Part shown: in pieces, positions 40,829 to 51,830 of the stretch
How positions within the stretch are numbered: position 1 is the first letter of the stretch
Layout of the letters: each line of letters begins with the position of its first letter
DNA from: the human T2T-CHM13v2.0 reference genome, Homo sapiens
Strand: one strand, 5' to 3'
DNA length: 64,000 bases
Assembly (NCBI RefSeq): GCF_009914755.1
Contig: NC_060947.1
The notes under the pieces: generated by a model
Told to the model about the DNA's origin: nothing
Seen by the model: the letters and a program-made list of their open reading frames with translations, nothing else
Database searches by the model: none
Translations under genes and position numbers: made by a program

Positions 40829-41654
40829 TTATTTCCCAGGGGCCCTTCCGCTCTCAGGGCAGTCCTGTTCCAGCGGCCAAGCTTGTGGCAGAGGGGCAAG
40901 CTGTGTGCAGCTTTTGCCATTTATCCCATTGGGACAGTTTGCCTTCCAGTGGCCTGGCTTACTGCACCAATGGCAGTTACCTGAAGGAGTGTTATTAGGG
41001 CAACCTGGAAGGGGCTGGAGAGCTTGTAAAGCAGTCAAAATAGTTAGCCTGCCTCCTTTCCCTGCATTTCTCCTGTTCTTAGCCCTGTCGTCCATATTCT
41101 ACTCTCAGTTATAAAAGACTGAGGAAGCTAATCTCAAGACCTCCAGCACAGGGGCACTGCATTCCAAGGCTGACTTTTGTAATTTTTTCCCAGTTTATTT
41201 TAAAGCCAAACAATATTAAAACAGAAAACTCATTTTATGTGTTAAGGTTTAGGGGAATCACACATTTTCCAGTTTTAGGGGAATGCATCTGAGGGGCATG
41301 TCCTGTGGTATAAAGATGTGATTGCTAGGCTGGATGCAGTGGCTCATGCCTGTAATCCCAGCACTTTGGGAGGCTGAGGGGGTGGATCACCTGAGGTCAG
41401 GAGTTTGAGACCAGCCTGACCAACATGGAGAAACCCCATCTCTACTAAAAATACAAAATTAGCCGGGTGTGGTGGCTCATGCCTATAATCCCAGCTACTC
41501 AGGAGGCTGAGGCAGGAGAATCTCTTGAACCAGGAGGCAGAGCTTGTGATGAGCCAAGATCACGCACTATTGCACTCCAGCCTGGGCAACAAGAGTGAAA
41601 CTCCATCTCAAAAACAAAACAAAAAAACAAAACAAAAAAGATGTGATTACCCAT
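40829..41654 (-). pseudogene. ERV gag remnant, internally deleted and Alu-interrupted
   Basis: With the Alu removed, ATG at 41654 gives MGNHIFIPQDMPLRCI. The CA end reads KKLQKSALECSAPVLEVLRLASSVFYN. The NC knuckle CHWCSKPGHWKANC is followed by a frameshifted second knuckle. Confidence 0.8.
41328..41636 (+). mobile_element. AluSp
   Basis: Sp diagnostics 'tgaccaacatggagaaacc' and 'caacaagagtgaaactcc'. TSD aaagatgtgatt (41312 / 41637). Confidence 0.9.
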
Positions 41655-43138
41655 CTGCAAAGAAAACAGGAGAAAAGAAAGAAAAAAGAAAGAAGAAGGT
41701 GTTCCCTCTACTTTTCTATTATTCTGAATGGGGCATCTCCCATTGTCCTTAGGGTTCCAGAATTAACCGGTTTTACCATGTACCTTTGGTGTCATCTGTT
41801 CACAATTATCCACTTGGGAACAGAGGAGATACTGGAGTGAACAGTGGGCCCCCTGTTTATCCTTGGGGTTCTGGAATGAACCCGTCTTACTGTGTACCTG
41901 TAACCTTGCCTTTATCTCTGTTCTGATGGTAATCGGTTAGCCTGGGACCAACCTTCATCTCTGCCCTATGGGTCTCTTGCACCTGCAGCCTTGGCCCGGC
42001 CTATATCCTTGTCTTCGTGACCTTGTAATGACTGTTGCGTAAAGCCTTCCAGAAAAAGGTATATATATTTTCTTAGATTCTCATTTCCCATGTTCTTTAA
42101 GTAGATGAGAAGCCTTATAGCTAACTGCTACAAGGGGGCTGGACTTTCCTCCCCACTTGCTTCAAATATGACCTTGAAGGTCTTGATGCATATTGAGAAG
42201 GATGCGAAAATAATTAGAGAAATGGAGGCCACAGGAAGAAGTGAGAAGAAGCAAGAATCCAGCAGCCTTTGGATTCAAGAGGGTAATGTTTATTTGCCCT
42301 CTTGATGTAAAGTAGTAACTTCCGGAGGACTTGGGGCTTGGGATAAGAACTCATAAATGGCAAAGAAAAAAATCCCCTCCTGCAAAAAAGGTGCTAACTC
42401 AAAAAAGCACAAATAGGTGGGCTCCTTCAAGGGCAAGAGTGAGGCCCTATATAGGTGGACAAACTGCTTCAAGACCCTGGGAAACTTGGCCCTGGGGCAT
42501 AACAGGAATTAAAAGCATATGCTAAGTTATAAGGAGATGGCAGAGCTAGGTTCCAATTATTGTCTGTCCTGGCAATGGGCCAGTAGACATCCGAAAGGAA
42601 AGTCGTTTCTTTGCTGCTGTGCAAGTGCAGTAACAGCCACAGGTGCAAGAATAACAGGAAGTGTGTGATGAGGTCACGTGACATGTGAAGTAAAAGCAAA
42701 GGGTTGGAGTTGCCCCTGAGGTGGACAGTCTGGTGGGTGTGCAAGGCCATTTTAGAACACACACAGAAAAAAAAAAAAATTGGCAATGTGAGTTCTTGGG
42801 AAACAGCCCATTTTAGTTGAAAAAGCAGACGAATCCCCAGCATTGCACGGTTTTAGGTTTTATCCCTACCACTCTCATGAGCCACCTGTCCAGGAGGGCC
42901 ATTAGTGCCTCCATTCTACTCAGTTCAGACCCCAAGGCCAATCCCATCCCCACGAGTCACCCTTCTGGGTGAGCTGAGTGATAAGCTGGGGAAACACAGT
43001 CACTTATGGCCAAAAGGACTTGTTCTAGATGTTTGTTAATAAGCAGAAGGGAGACAGGGAGAAGAAACCATGTGCAGTGGTTGAACATCCCCAGCCAAAG
43101 AAGATGAGGGGTAGAGATCTCTTACCACTAGGGAATGT

Positions 43139-43200
43139 ATTCAAGTCATGTAGCACCAAAGTATGTTAGCAGTGGAAGTTATCTGAGTCACATGGCACCA
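43139..43200 (-). promoter_or_regulatory. Tandem pair of tRNA-His-like primer-binding sites (MER50)
   Basis: Minus-strand TGGTGCCATGTGACTCAGAT and TGGTGCTACATGACTTGAAT lie 42 bp apart. The His PBS is TGGTGCCGTGACTCGGAT. Confidence 0.7.
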
Positions 43201-43205
43201 AAATA

Positions 43206-43899
43206 TTTTGGCGGCAACGAATCTGTATGGGTCTGCAGCAACCTCGATTCTTGCCACCTCAGAAGAAATAATTCAACTGAGGAGCCTAAGGTAGAAGGAG
43301 AAACCCAGGGAAATTTTAGAGCAGGAGTAAAACTTTATTTTAAAAGCTCTAGAGCAGAAACAAAAGGAAGGAAAGTATACTTGGAAGAAGGTCAAGTGGT
43401 CAACTTGAAAGACAAGTGTGCAGTTTTACCTTTTGACCTGAGGTTTTATATGTTGGCATAATTCTGGGGCTTTGCATAACTTCTCCCCTGACTTCACCTT
43501 TGGGGTGGGCTGTCTGCATGCGCAGTGGCCTGCCAGCAGTTGGGAGGGGAGCATGTGCGGTGTGTTTACTGGAGTTGTATGAATGCTCACTTGAGGTGTT
43601 CTTTCTTTACCAGCCAAATGTCCCTAAGAAATCATATACCAGTTAAACTCTGCCATCTTGCCTCTTAGGCATTTTTCCAACTCCTGATATCTTATCGAGA
43701 AGCTACTGATCACCAGTTTCAGGTTTTTTTTCTATCTATAGGGAGACTGCCTTTCCCTGGCACCTGCTGTGACCAATTACTATTTTAGAGACTGTGTAAC
43801 AACTGCCTGACCATCACCTGATGGTCCCCTGATATTCCTGGCGGCAAGGAAAAACTCTCTTCCACCCTGTTGGTGGCTGACTAGCTACCTATTGTAACA
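43206..43899 (-). mobile_element. MER50 5' LTR (intact)
   Basis: The reverse complement begins TGTTACAATAGGTAGCTAG and contains 'accatcaggtgatggtcaggcagttgtt'. It is homologous to the split 3' LTR. Confidence 0.88.
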
Positions 43900-43962
43900 A
43901 CTTGAGATAATGATCTCTGGTTCCATCTAAGTTGCTGCAAAATACATTATTTCATTTTTAGA
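43900..43962 (-). mobile_element. L1PB 3' end, right piece
   Basis: 'acttgagataatgatctctggttccatctaagttgctgcaaaa' continues the L1PB sequence broken at 24028. Confidence 0.8.
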
Positions 43963-44560
43963 ATAATCAACATAATTTGTAGAACTATATTTAAAACTAT
44001 GCTTTTGTCCAGATTATTCCTAATAGAATATTTATTCATCCTCAGAGAGTGAATCTGCTTATTCTGGATTCATGCACTAGCCTATTTATATCCACAAATC
44101 TGTGTGTACTTATTTCTATCTATTACGTTTGAATAATTTTTTTAAAAAATAAACTTCCTTTCTCTTTACAAACAAGAGTTGGAATGATACAGATGTCTCT
44201 GTGTGTGTGTTTGTAGTAATTTTTTTCCTGCTATAATCTTCTAGGTAAGATTCTTCTTCTTTGTCTTTAGGTATGCAAAGATTTGCCTCCTTATAGTATT
44301 ATTTTATTTTATGTATTCATTTAATATCTTAATAAATAGGCTAGAGAAAGGTGATTTTTTTCTGTTTTTTTTGTATGTTTACATAGTCAGATGTTTAGTT
44401 AAACAATAATTGTAAGAATATCAATATGCATTTTATGATAATTTAGTTGTCATTTTTGAAATTGTTCTCTATATGTGATTTACAAACAAGGTAACCCTCT
44501 CATGAGTATTTGATATTAAGGTCAGCAGTCTTGTATGCATTGTCGTCTTTCTGTTTAGAA

Positions 44561-44769
44561 CAGCAGTGTCTAATCTTTTGGTTTCCCTGGGCCACATTAG
44601 AGGAAGAATTGTCTTGGGCCAAACATAAAATATACTAACACTAATGATAGCTGATAAGCTAAAAAAGAAATCACAAAATAATCTCATTATGTTTTCAGAA
44701 AGTTTATGAGTTTGTGTGGGGCGGCATTCAAAGCTGTCCTGGACTGCATGTAGCCTGTGGGTCAGTTTG
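44561..44769 (+). mobile_element. MER30 (hAT-Charlie DNA transposon)
   Basis: Matches the MER30 consensus. Perfect 8-bp TSD GTTTAGAA (44553-60 / 44770-77). Confidence 0.92.
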
Positions 44770-45315
44770 GTTTAGAAGCAGTCAGTGACTTCCTCCCTAA
44801 TGTTACCAGATTCTTGAATTTAAAACAATGTGACAATTGAAACAGCCTGGGAACAATTACTGAATTCATGGAGGTTTACCAACATACTGTTGATACCACT
44901 CATTCGCTAGGGAATATGTAAAGTAGAATTTTGCTACATGGAAAGCAATTCTCTCCACCAAAGTGGTTTGGACCTCTGGAAAGGTTTACAGATTTCTGCA
45001 AAGAAAAGGAGATGGAGAGATTGTATCCTAGTTAAAGAATATGGTAACTTTGTTTCCGATGATTAATGGCTTTAAAACCTTGTGTTTTGGGGATATTAAA
45101 TTTGAAATCAGTTGATCTTTACTCAAAAACATAAAATCCCCAATAAGTAAATGCCAATTTTACACTTTTAACAATCCTGGACAAGGGATAGAACATAGAG
45201 CTTTATTAACAATCCATCTAATAGGTGTAATAGAAAAAAAATCAGTTTTCAAAATCATATGATAATAGAGGTTTTGAAATGCATTTACCGTCTATTTCAT
45301 ACTCTCACTTTTTAG

Positions 45316-45689
45316 TGTTAAAAACAAAATTATTTATGCACTTGTTAAAATGGTAAGGAAGAGTTTATTCAGAGCTGTTGCTATAGATGTAAAAACTATT
45401 GCAGTAGGGGAGAGTGATCTGGTTCAAATCTGAATGCAGAAAGACAGCTGTGGCTAATAGCCAAGGAGCAGAGACGGGAAAAGTTGAGGAGGGTTTCAGT
45501 GGATAGCAAACTACAAAGAGAAGACATCAAGAATGGGAGATTCTTGCTAAATTAACTGATTTAGTAGAATTCTTTCTAAAACTGGGCTATGCAGTTTAAA
45601 GATTAGATGGGGGCTAATGTGAATGTTTAAACCAAAATAAGACTTAGAGGAGCCTGACTATAGTTCAGTCAAGGAGAGAGTCTTTCTCA
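45316..45689 (-). mobile_element. Solo ERV1 LTR, MER31/MER67-like
   Basis: The reverse complement begins TGAGAAAGACTCTCTCCTTGACTGAAC, with TG..CA ends. TSD ttag/atag. Confidence 0.75.
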
Positions 45690-48426
45690 ATAGGAAGAGA
45701 GAAAGAAAGAACAGAAAACATATGCAACTTGCAGATCAAGAAAATACTTCATTGCAGATAACTTTAATTTAAAATCCCTTGCAAGCTTTTATTTATTGAG
45801 GAATTTACCCTAAGTAACCTCCAGAGTTGATTTAGTCAATCTTGACCCTGTTTCTCAGACCTGTTTCGGTGATATTTGATGTACTGGACATTGTTAGAAT
45901 AAATTCAGGCCTTGCATCCTGAATCTCTAGTCTTCTATTCTAGATCACTCCCAAAGTCACTGATTAGCAAAATGACCTCTGATGCTTTCATTCATGGATT
46001 CCAGGTACTTATAATCTAGTAGAGCCTGTGGCCAACCATATAAGTGTCTGAAGTTCCACTTTGTACCACTTTGCAGCTGAAGAATTCTTTGGCTGCAGTT
46101 TCTTTTCTTATCCACCTGGTTCTCCCAGGGTGTCACAGCTCTTAAAGTTTTTACTATCCATGAAGTTCAGCCATAATTATAGCAGTGTTCTTTGAGTCTC
46201 CATATAAAGAAATACATTTTGCTCAAAACACATTTGGTCCTATGGTCACTGATAAACTTAATTTCATTTTCACTGATTATTGTTATATTATTGATATTGT
46301 TCAATGAATTAGTACCTCATCAACACTGATGACCTTCCCACTCTTATAAGTGCTTCTTCAATTCTTCTTTAGAGTTGTAGTGATACTTTGAATTAACAGG
46401 TACTACTTTATTTTCAAGAGGTTTTCATATTGCCTCCTTTGTTTCCTCAGTTTTATTTCTATTCAATCATTAGACATTGAAAGAACAAGAATGAGTAATT
46501 CAGTATATGCCAGAGAGATAGCTACACCTTATAGATTTTGTAGTTCCTTACATGTACTGTTAACAATGCTTATTTCAAGTTGCCTGAGTTTATTGACAAT
46601 GCTGGGCTGTTGTGCCACCTCCATGACTCAAGACTCCCTTCTGAGAAACAAAATTGTAGTTGCAGAGCTAGTGTGCCACAGGACAAGATATGTAGAAATG
46701 GTACATTTTCAAACAAGAAAAAGTGGTAGCACCTCCATCGTACATTTTTCTGTGTGCTAGCCCCCAACCCCCCGCCACACCGGAAATGAGTAATGATGAG
46801 AATAGAATCTGTAAATATCAGGTGTTTGTCACTGGCAACATACGTCAATTTTAAATGGCAGGCAAGAGTCCCAGTTGATTGAAAAAAAAATGTGTGATGT
46901 AATTTATTATGCCATTACTGGTAAAAAATCAAGTGTTTTTGCTAGTACTCCAAAGATCTGGCAGCACAACTGGTACTTTTATGGAATGGGAGGCAAAGCA
47001 CATCAAGCAGACATTTGGGACTCTAAGAAGCAGATGGTGTTCTGTATTCAAAACAAATGACAAATAATGTATTAATTTATGGACACTACAAAAATTAAAT
47101 ATCATTTTAAAAAATGCTAGAGTAGGTCAGGACTCGAAGAAACCTGTGTGTTGCACTGAAGGGCAGCAGAGAGTCGTAAGAAACTGGTGCCTAGAAACAC
47201 TTTTAGGAGAGAAACACCATATGGTAATAAATGAGTATACCTTGTCATGCTCATCAATTGCAAACAAAGGAGAATCATGTACTATGTATTTCGCTTTCTT
47301 TTTAACCACACTCCTTATCATATATGAGAATCTCAAAAGCAGTTTACAGTGTAAACTTCTGGTTTTTTTTTAAATGAATTCTTATGTTCTCTTTAAAAAC
47401 ATAAGCTTCTGGTTTTAGTTTAGTGTTATATTTACATTAGGTAAGAAAGCAGAGAGATAGGAAAACTGTTTATTTAAAAACAAAACAAATCCTCTCTTGT
47501 CTATATTTGCACCTTTGTGATACAAAAAAGTGAGTTATTTAAGTAAAATAGAAAAAAATTTTAACTTATGTTTAGCTCAGTCCCTGGTACATAGAAAGCA
47601 CAAAATAAATGCTTATTTTTCTGTACTGAATGATTGGATATAGGGATGTGAAAATAATTGAATGCCTAACCATTACTATTTTGATTTTTTACAGATTTCC
47701 TCCAAAACACTCTGCTAAGGCTCTACCCAAGAATGAATTTACCTAACTAATCTAAAATTGTTTTCAAATTATCACAAATAAAAGATTATTTTGTGATAGA
47801 GCAGAACTTATTTTGCTCTCTTTCTGTACAAAAAAATATATATCAAATCGAATTTCTAGAATAGCAAATGGCAAATTTTATGCATAAAAGAATAATATTT
47901 TATTACTTAATTCAAACTAAAATGTTTAAGTAAGACAAAATATATAAGAGAAAAATATTACAGTTTTAACCTGCAATTGATTTAAATAGTTTTAATAAGA
48001 AAATTTTAAACATGAAACTGAGTTTGTGGGGAGTAATAATTGAATAGAATTCTTTTATTCACTTTTGTCTAGTTTTTTTATACTCCCCCCGCCACTGTAT
48101 GGTTTCTTTTCATCTATATCATTTCAGTTAAAAAGGTTTAAGGCAAAAATGCATGCAATATGGAATTTTTGCCTGCAGTTTTTACATCAAAGAGACAGTG
48201 TGTGTAGGAGGTTCAGATATGGAAAGTCGAATGCTGACTATACATCGAAAGGAGTCAGAAAACATTAAGTAGTTTCTCAGGGTTGAGAAACAGAATAGTT
48301 CTCTCATTTTGATTTGTAAGCTTTTTTGAACAAATACAATAGCAAATACTTTGTTTTTAAAATAAAGTTACAATAAAATAAAGTTAAAATAAAGTTACAT
48401 AAAAATAAAAGTTACAAAGTAGTAAC

Positions 48427-48499
48427 TTTTTTTTTTTTTTTTTTTGAGATGGAATCTCTCTCTGTTGCCCAGGCTGGAGTACAGTGGCACAATCTCAGC
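48427..48499 (-). mobile_element. Alu 3' fragment (severely truncated)
   Basis: Poly-T followed by 'gagatggaatctctctctgttgcccaggctggagtacagtggcacaatctcagc'. Confidence 0.9.
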
Positions 48500-48527
48500 A
48501 TATGAACAATTAGTTCTTTAGTTTTAA

Positions 48528-49018
48528 TGATGCAGGATTTTTGCTCCTTAGCTCAGCTAGGTCCAGGTTCTTGTCTCACGACCAGGAAAAATTAGGCACG
48601 CAGACATCAAAAAGTTAGTGGAGTAGAATTTATCAAGGGAAAAGAAAGCTCTCAGCAAAAAGAGGGGAGGCTGGGGGTAGTTCTCCCACTCAAAGACAGG
48701 AGAGAACCCTAATATGGTTGAGCCCAGGACCTTTTATGGGCTCAGAATAGGGGGTATGTACTGATCAGTTTGTGAGCATGCAAAAAGGTCAAAGCGAAGA
48801 CATCACTCAAACGTGGGCACAACAGTGTAGAAAGCCAATTAGGAAAGGGTAAGTATATGTAAAATAGGAGAAGGATGGGGATCAATCAGAGGAAAGCATC
48901 CCAAACGGGAAGGTAGGTTCTCAATCCAGTCCAAGGACTCTTTCCAGCTTGAAGGCCAGGTTTCACTGGGGACCTGCTCCTATCTTCCTAGGCAGTTGTC
49001 TGCCTTCTGCTTCTATCA
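48528..49018 (-). mobile_element. Solo ERV1 LTR, LTR27/MER52 group
   Basis: TG..CA ends with TSD ttaa/ctaa. The reverse complement begins TGATAGAAGCAGAAGGCAGACAACTGCCTAGG..GGTCCCCAGTGAAACC. Confidence 0.7.
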
Positions 49019-49269
49019 CTAACGATTTGCAATACTCAACTAACATGAGAATGATCCTGAAGAAAACATTTCATCTGAAAGCAAAGAGAAATTATTGGCA
49101 ATGAACCTTTGGTAGTTCTGTCCCTTCCTTTCCTGTTTTTAAATATACTTAAGCGTTGAGATTTAGAGACTGACAAATAAAATCAGAGTGATTTATCACT
49201 CATTTAAAAGAGAATATGATCATACATATATATCTATATATAAAATACATATTTTACATATATAATATT

Positions 49270-49485
49270 AAGAAAGTATGAGCGTTGCTGTAAAACACTG
49301 TGTAATAAGTTTAGAAATCAATCTAAACTCTGAATTAGCATAAGCCATGTGATATCAGCTGCAAAACAAAAACTGGTATAAGCAGACAAAATATTTTATC
49401 ATTTACAAGGTAATGTGTGTATCTGAAGCAACATGTACCCTAATGACCAATTTGAATGTTTTTGCCTATATTCTTAGCATTTCAA
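49270..49485 (+). repeat. 216-bp direct duplication, copy 1 (copy 2 at 50678-50894)
   Basis: Hand alignment shows 16 substitutions and 2 small indels. Confidence 0.95.
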
Positions 49486-49912
49486 GAACTATATATATAT
49501 TTTACATATATTATATAATATATGTTACATATATGTATTATATATATTATATACATATATGTAACATATATGTATTATATACATTATATAATATATGTTA
49601 CATATATGTATTATATATATTATATACATATATTGCATGTATATATATTACATTATGTAATATATATTATACTATATTACTAATATATTTTACATATATA
49701 TTATGTAATATATATTATACTATAGTATAATATATACATATATGTAATATATATTATACTATATTGCTAATATATATTACATATATATTTACATTGTATA
49801 TATTTACATTATATAAAAGATATATAATAAATATGTTTGCATTATATATAATATATGTAATTAATATATTTACATTATATGTAACATATATGTAAAATAT
49901 ATATATAGTTCT
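49485..49912. repeat. AT-rich quasi-palindrome with perfect 27-bp inverted termini
   Basis: agaactatatatatattttacatatat at 49485-49511, and its reverse complement at 49886-49912. Confidence 0.9.
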
Positions 49913-50677
49913 ATTGGCCAAATGAACTGGCAAGCCAAGCGATATGCATTTAAATTTTTGATTTACTCAAATATATAATAGTAATGTTATTTCTTGGGGT
50001 CATATTAAATGAAAAAGAAAATCCATGCTTGCCTTCATTGTCCAACAACATTGGTGTTTCCAGGCACAAATCCCCTCTAAGCCTTTCTTTAGGTACACGG
50101 TTTTCCAAATTCTGAATCTCTAGAAAAATTGCTTGAGAAATTGGAAAAATGGAGAAAAGTATCATAAACTTCCTGTTAGAGATAAAGCATAAAAATTAAC
50201 ACAGAAATGTTAACTAGTACTAAGTACTAAGAAATCCAGTAACATCAAGTCAAAAATAAAAGAAGGCAACACTGACTTGGTGAATCCATGTTGAATTCCA
50301 CATTTCTAGAAATACAGGAACACACGGGAGTGACACATGAGCAATCTAAGTCATTTTTCAGGTAGCTGTTGTCCTGCGATAAATGTGCATCTGTTGCTTT
50401 GCTGCTAACAGCAAGTGATTTTTGCAAATAAAATAAATACATGTGCATGATATACTTCATAAAAATCCTGTGAGTGGAGTTCCAAGAAATAACAAGTTTT
50501 AGAAGCAAAGTAGCAATTTTGACACATGATTCTGTGTAGTGCTGTTAACCATGCTAGGAAATCTGAATTCTCAGTTATTTTAATATTACTCAATAATATT
50601 TACTGGTGTTTTTCAGTATTTAAATAATTTTAATAGGCCAGAGTTATATGTACATATTTTAACAGAAGCAATGCAAA

Positions 50678-50894
50678 AAGAAGGTATGAGTGCTGCTGTA
50701 AAATACTGCGTAATAAGATTAGAAATCAATCTAAAATCTGAATTAACATAAGCCATGTGATGTCAACTGCAAAACAAAAATTGTTATAAGCAGACAAAAT
50801 ATTTTATTATTTACAAGGAAATGTGTGTATCTGAAGCACATGTACCTTAATGACCAATTTGAAGATGTTTTTGCCTACATTCTTAGCATTTCAA
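50678..50894 (+). repeat. 216-bp direct duplication, copy 2 (probable donor)
   Basis: Homologous to 49270-49485 and embedded in ordinary unique flanks. Confidence 0.95.
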
Positions 50895-51631
50895 TCAATG
50901 TAAATGAAAAATAAAATTTTGTCTGAAATACTTGCATGAAACAAAGATCAAGACTATCAAACAGAGCAATAGAGTAATATATATGCTTTGTGTATCTTAA
51001 TAATTTATTTTAAAAATAGATTTAAAATATTGAATAATTTTGTTTTGATATTTCAAATTTTGAATTATTTTTTACTTGTAATTTATTTTGTGTTATAAAA
51101 ATATTGAAAGAAGGGAACATTATCATGTCAATATCAGAAAGTCATTTTTACATGTATTGAAGTATACAATTTTATCATAATATACTAGCTCATGATAATA
51201 AATTATGCATTTACTATTATATTTTTTAATGAAAAATACATTTGGAACTTTAAGCATAATCTTATTTAGAAAAAATGATTCACTGCTATTAGGATCACTT
51301 ATTATTCAAAATTATGTAAATAAACTCTTATTAAAAATGCATAGTAACCCCTGATTTTGAGAATTTCAAAGAATTCTTGGGAATTCTGATATTCCGTTTC
51401 TAAATCTTAAAGATCGATTGGGAATCTGGAAACATTGACTATAATAATTATTTCTCTTCCCAAACAAGCATTAATTCTTAGTGCTTTATTATCTTACATA
51501 ACAAGTCAAGGATAACTAAAATTTACAATAATTTTCAAATGCAGGCTCCCGCATTTTTATCAAAAAGTATGCTGTGGCCATTATAAATATAATTTGTCCT
51601 AATTCAGAGTTATAATAAAGACAGAAAAAAT

Positions 51632-51830
51632 GTATTAACCATTTACTAAGTGCTAAGCACTGTGCTAAACATTTTCCCTATGTTCTTCCAATAATCCACA
51701 CAATACTACAAAGTTATAGGTGTTACTTATCCTCATTTTATAGAGAAGAAAATTTTTATTCTGAGTGATATGCCCACAACTCAACTAATAAGAAGACATT
51801 TGATCCAAAATTCTCTAATCCTTGAATGTA
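51632..51830 (-). mobile_element. MIR
   Basis: 'catttactaagtgctaagcactgtgctaa...tatcctcattttatagagaagaaa' is the MIR core. Confidence 0.7.

Noticed and set aside
40829-41095. 88-aa CCHC ORF as a domesticated Gag-derived gene
   Set aside because: Upstream gag has stops, a large deletion and an Alu insertion, and the second knuckle is frameshifted. Nothing suggests selection.
49485-49912. The 27-bp inverted termini as a new MITE
   Set aside because: There is no convincing TSD, the termini are mostly TA repeat and the interior is low-complexity. Fold-back repair explains it more simply.
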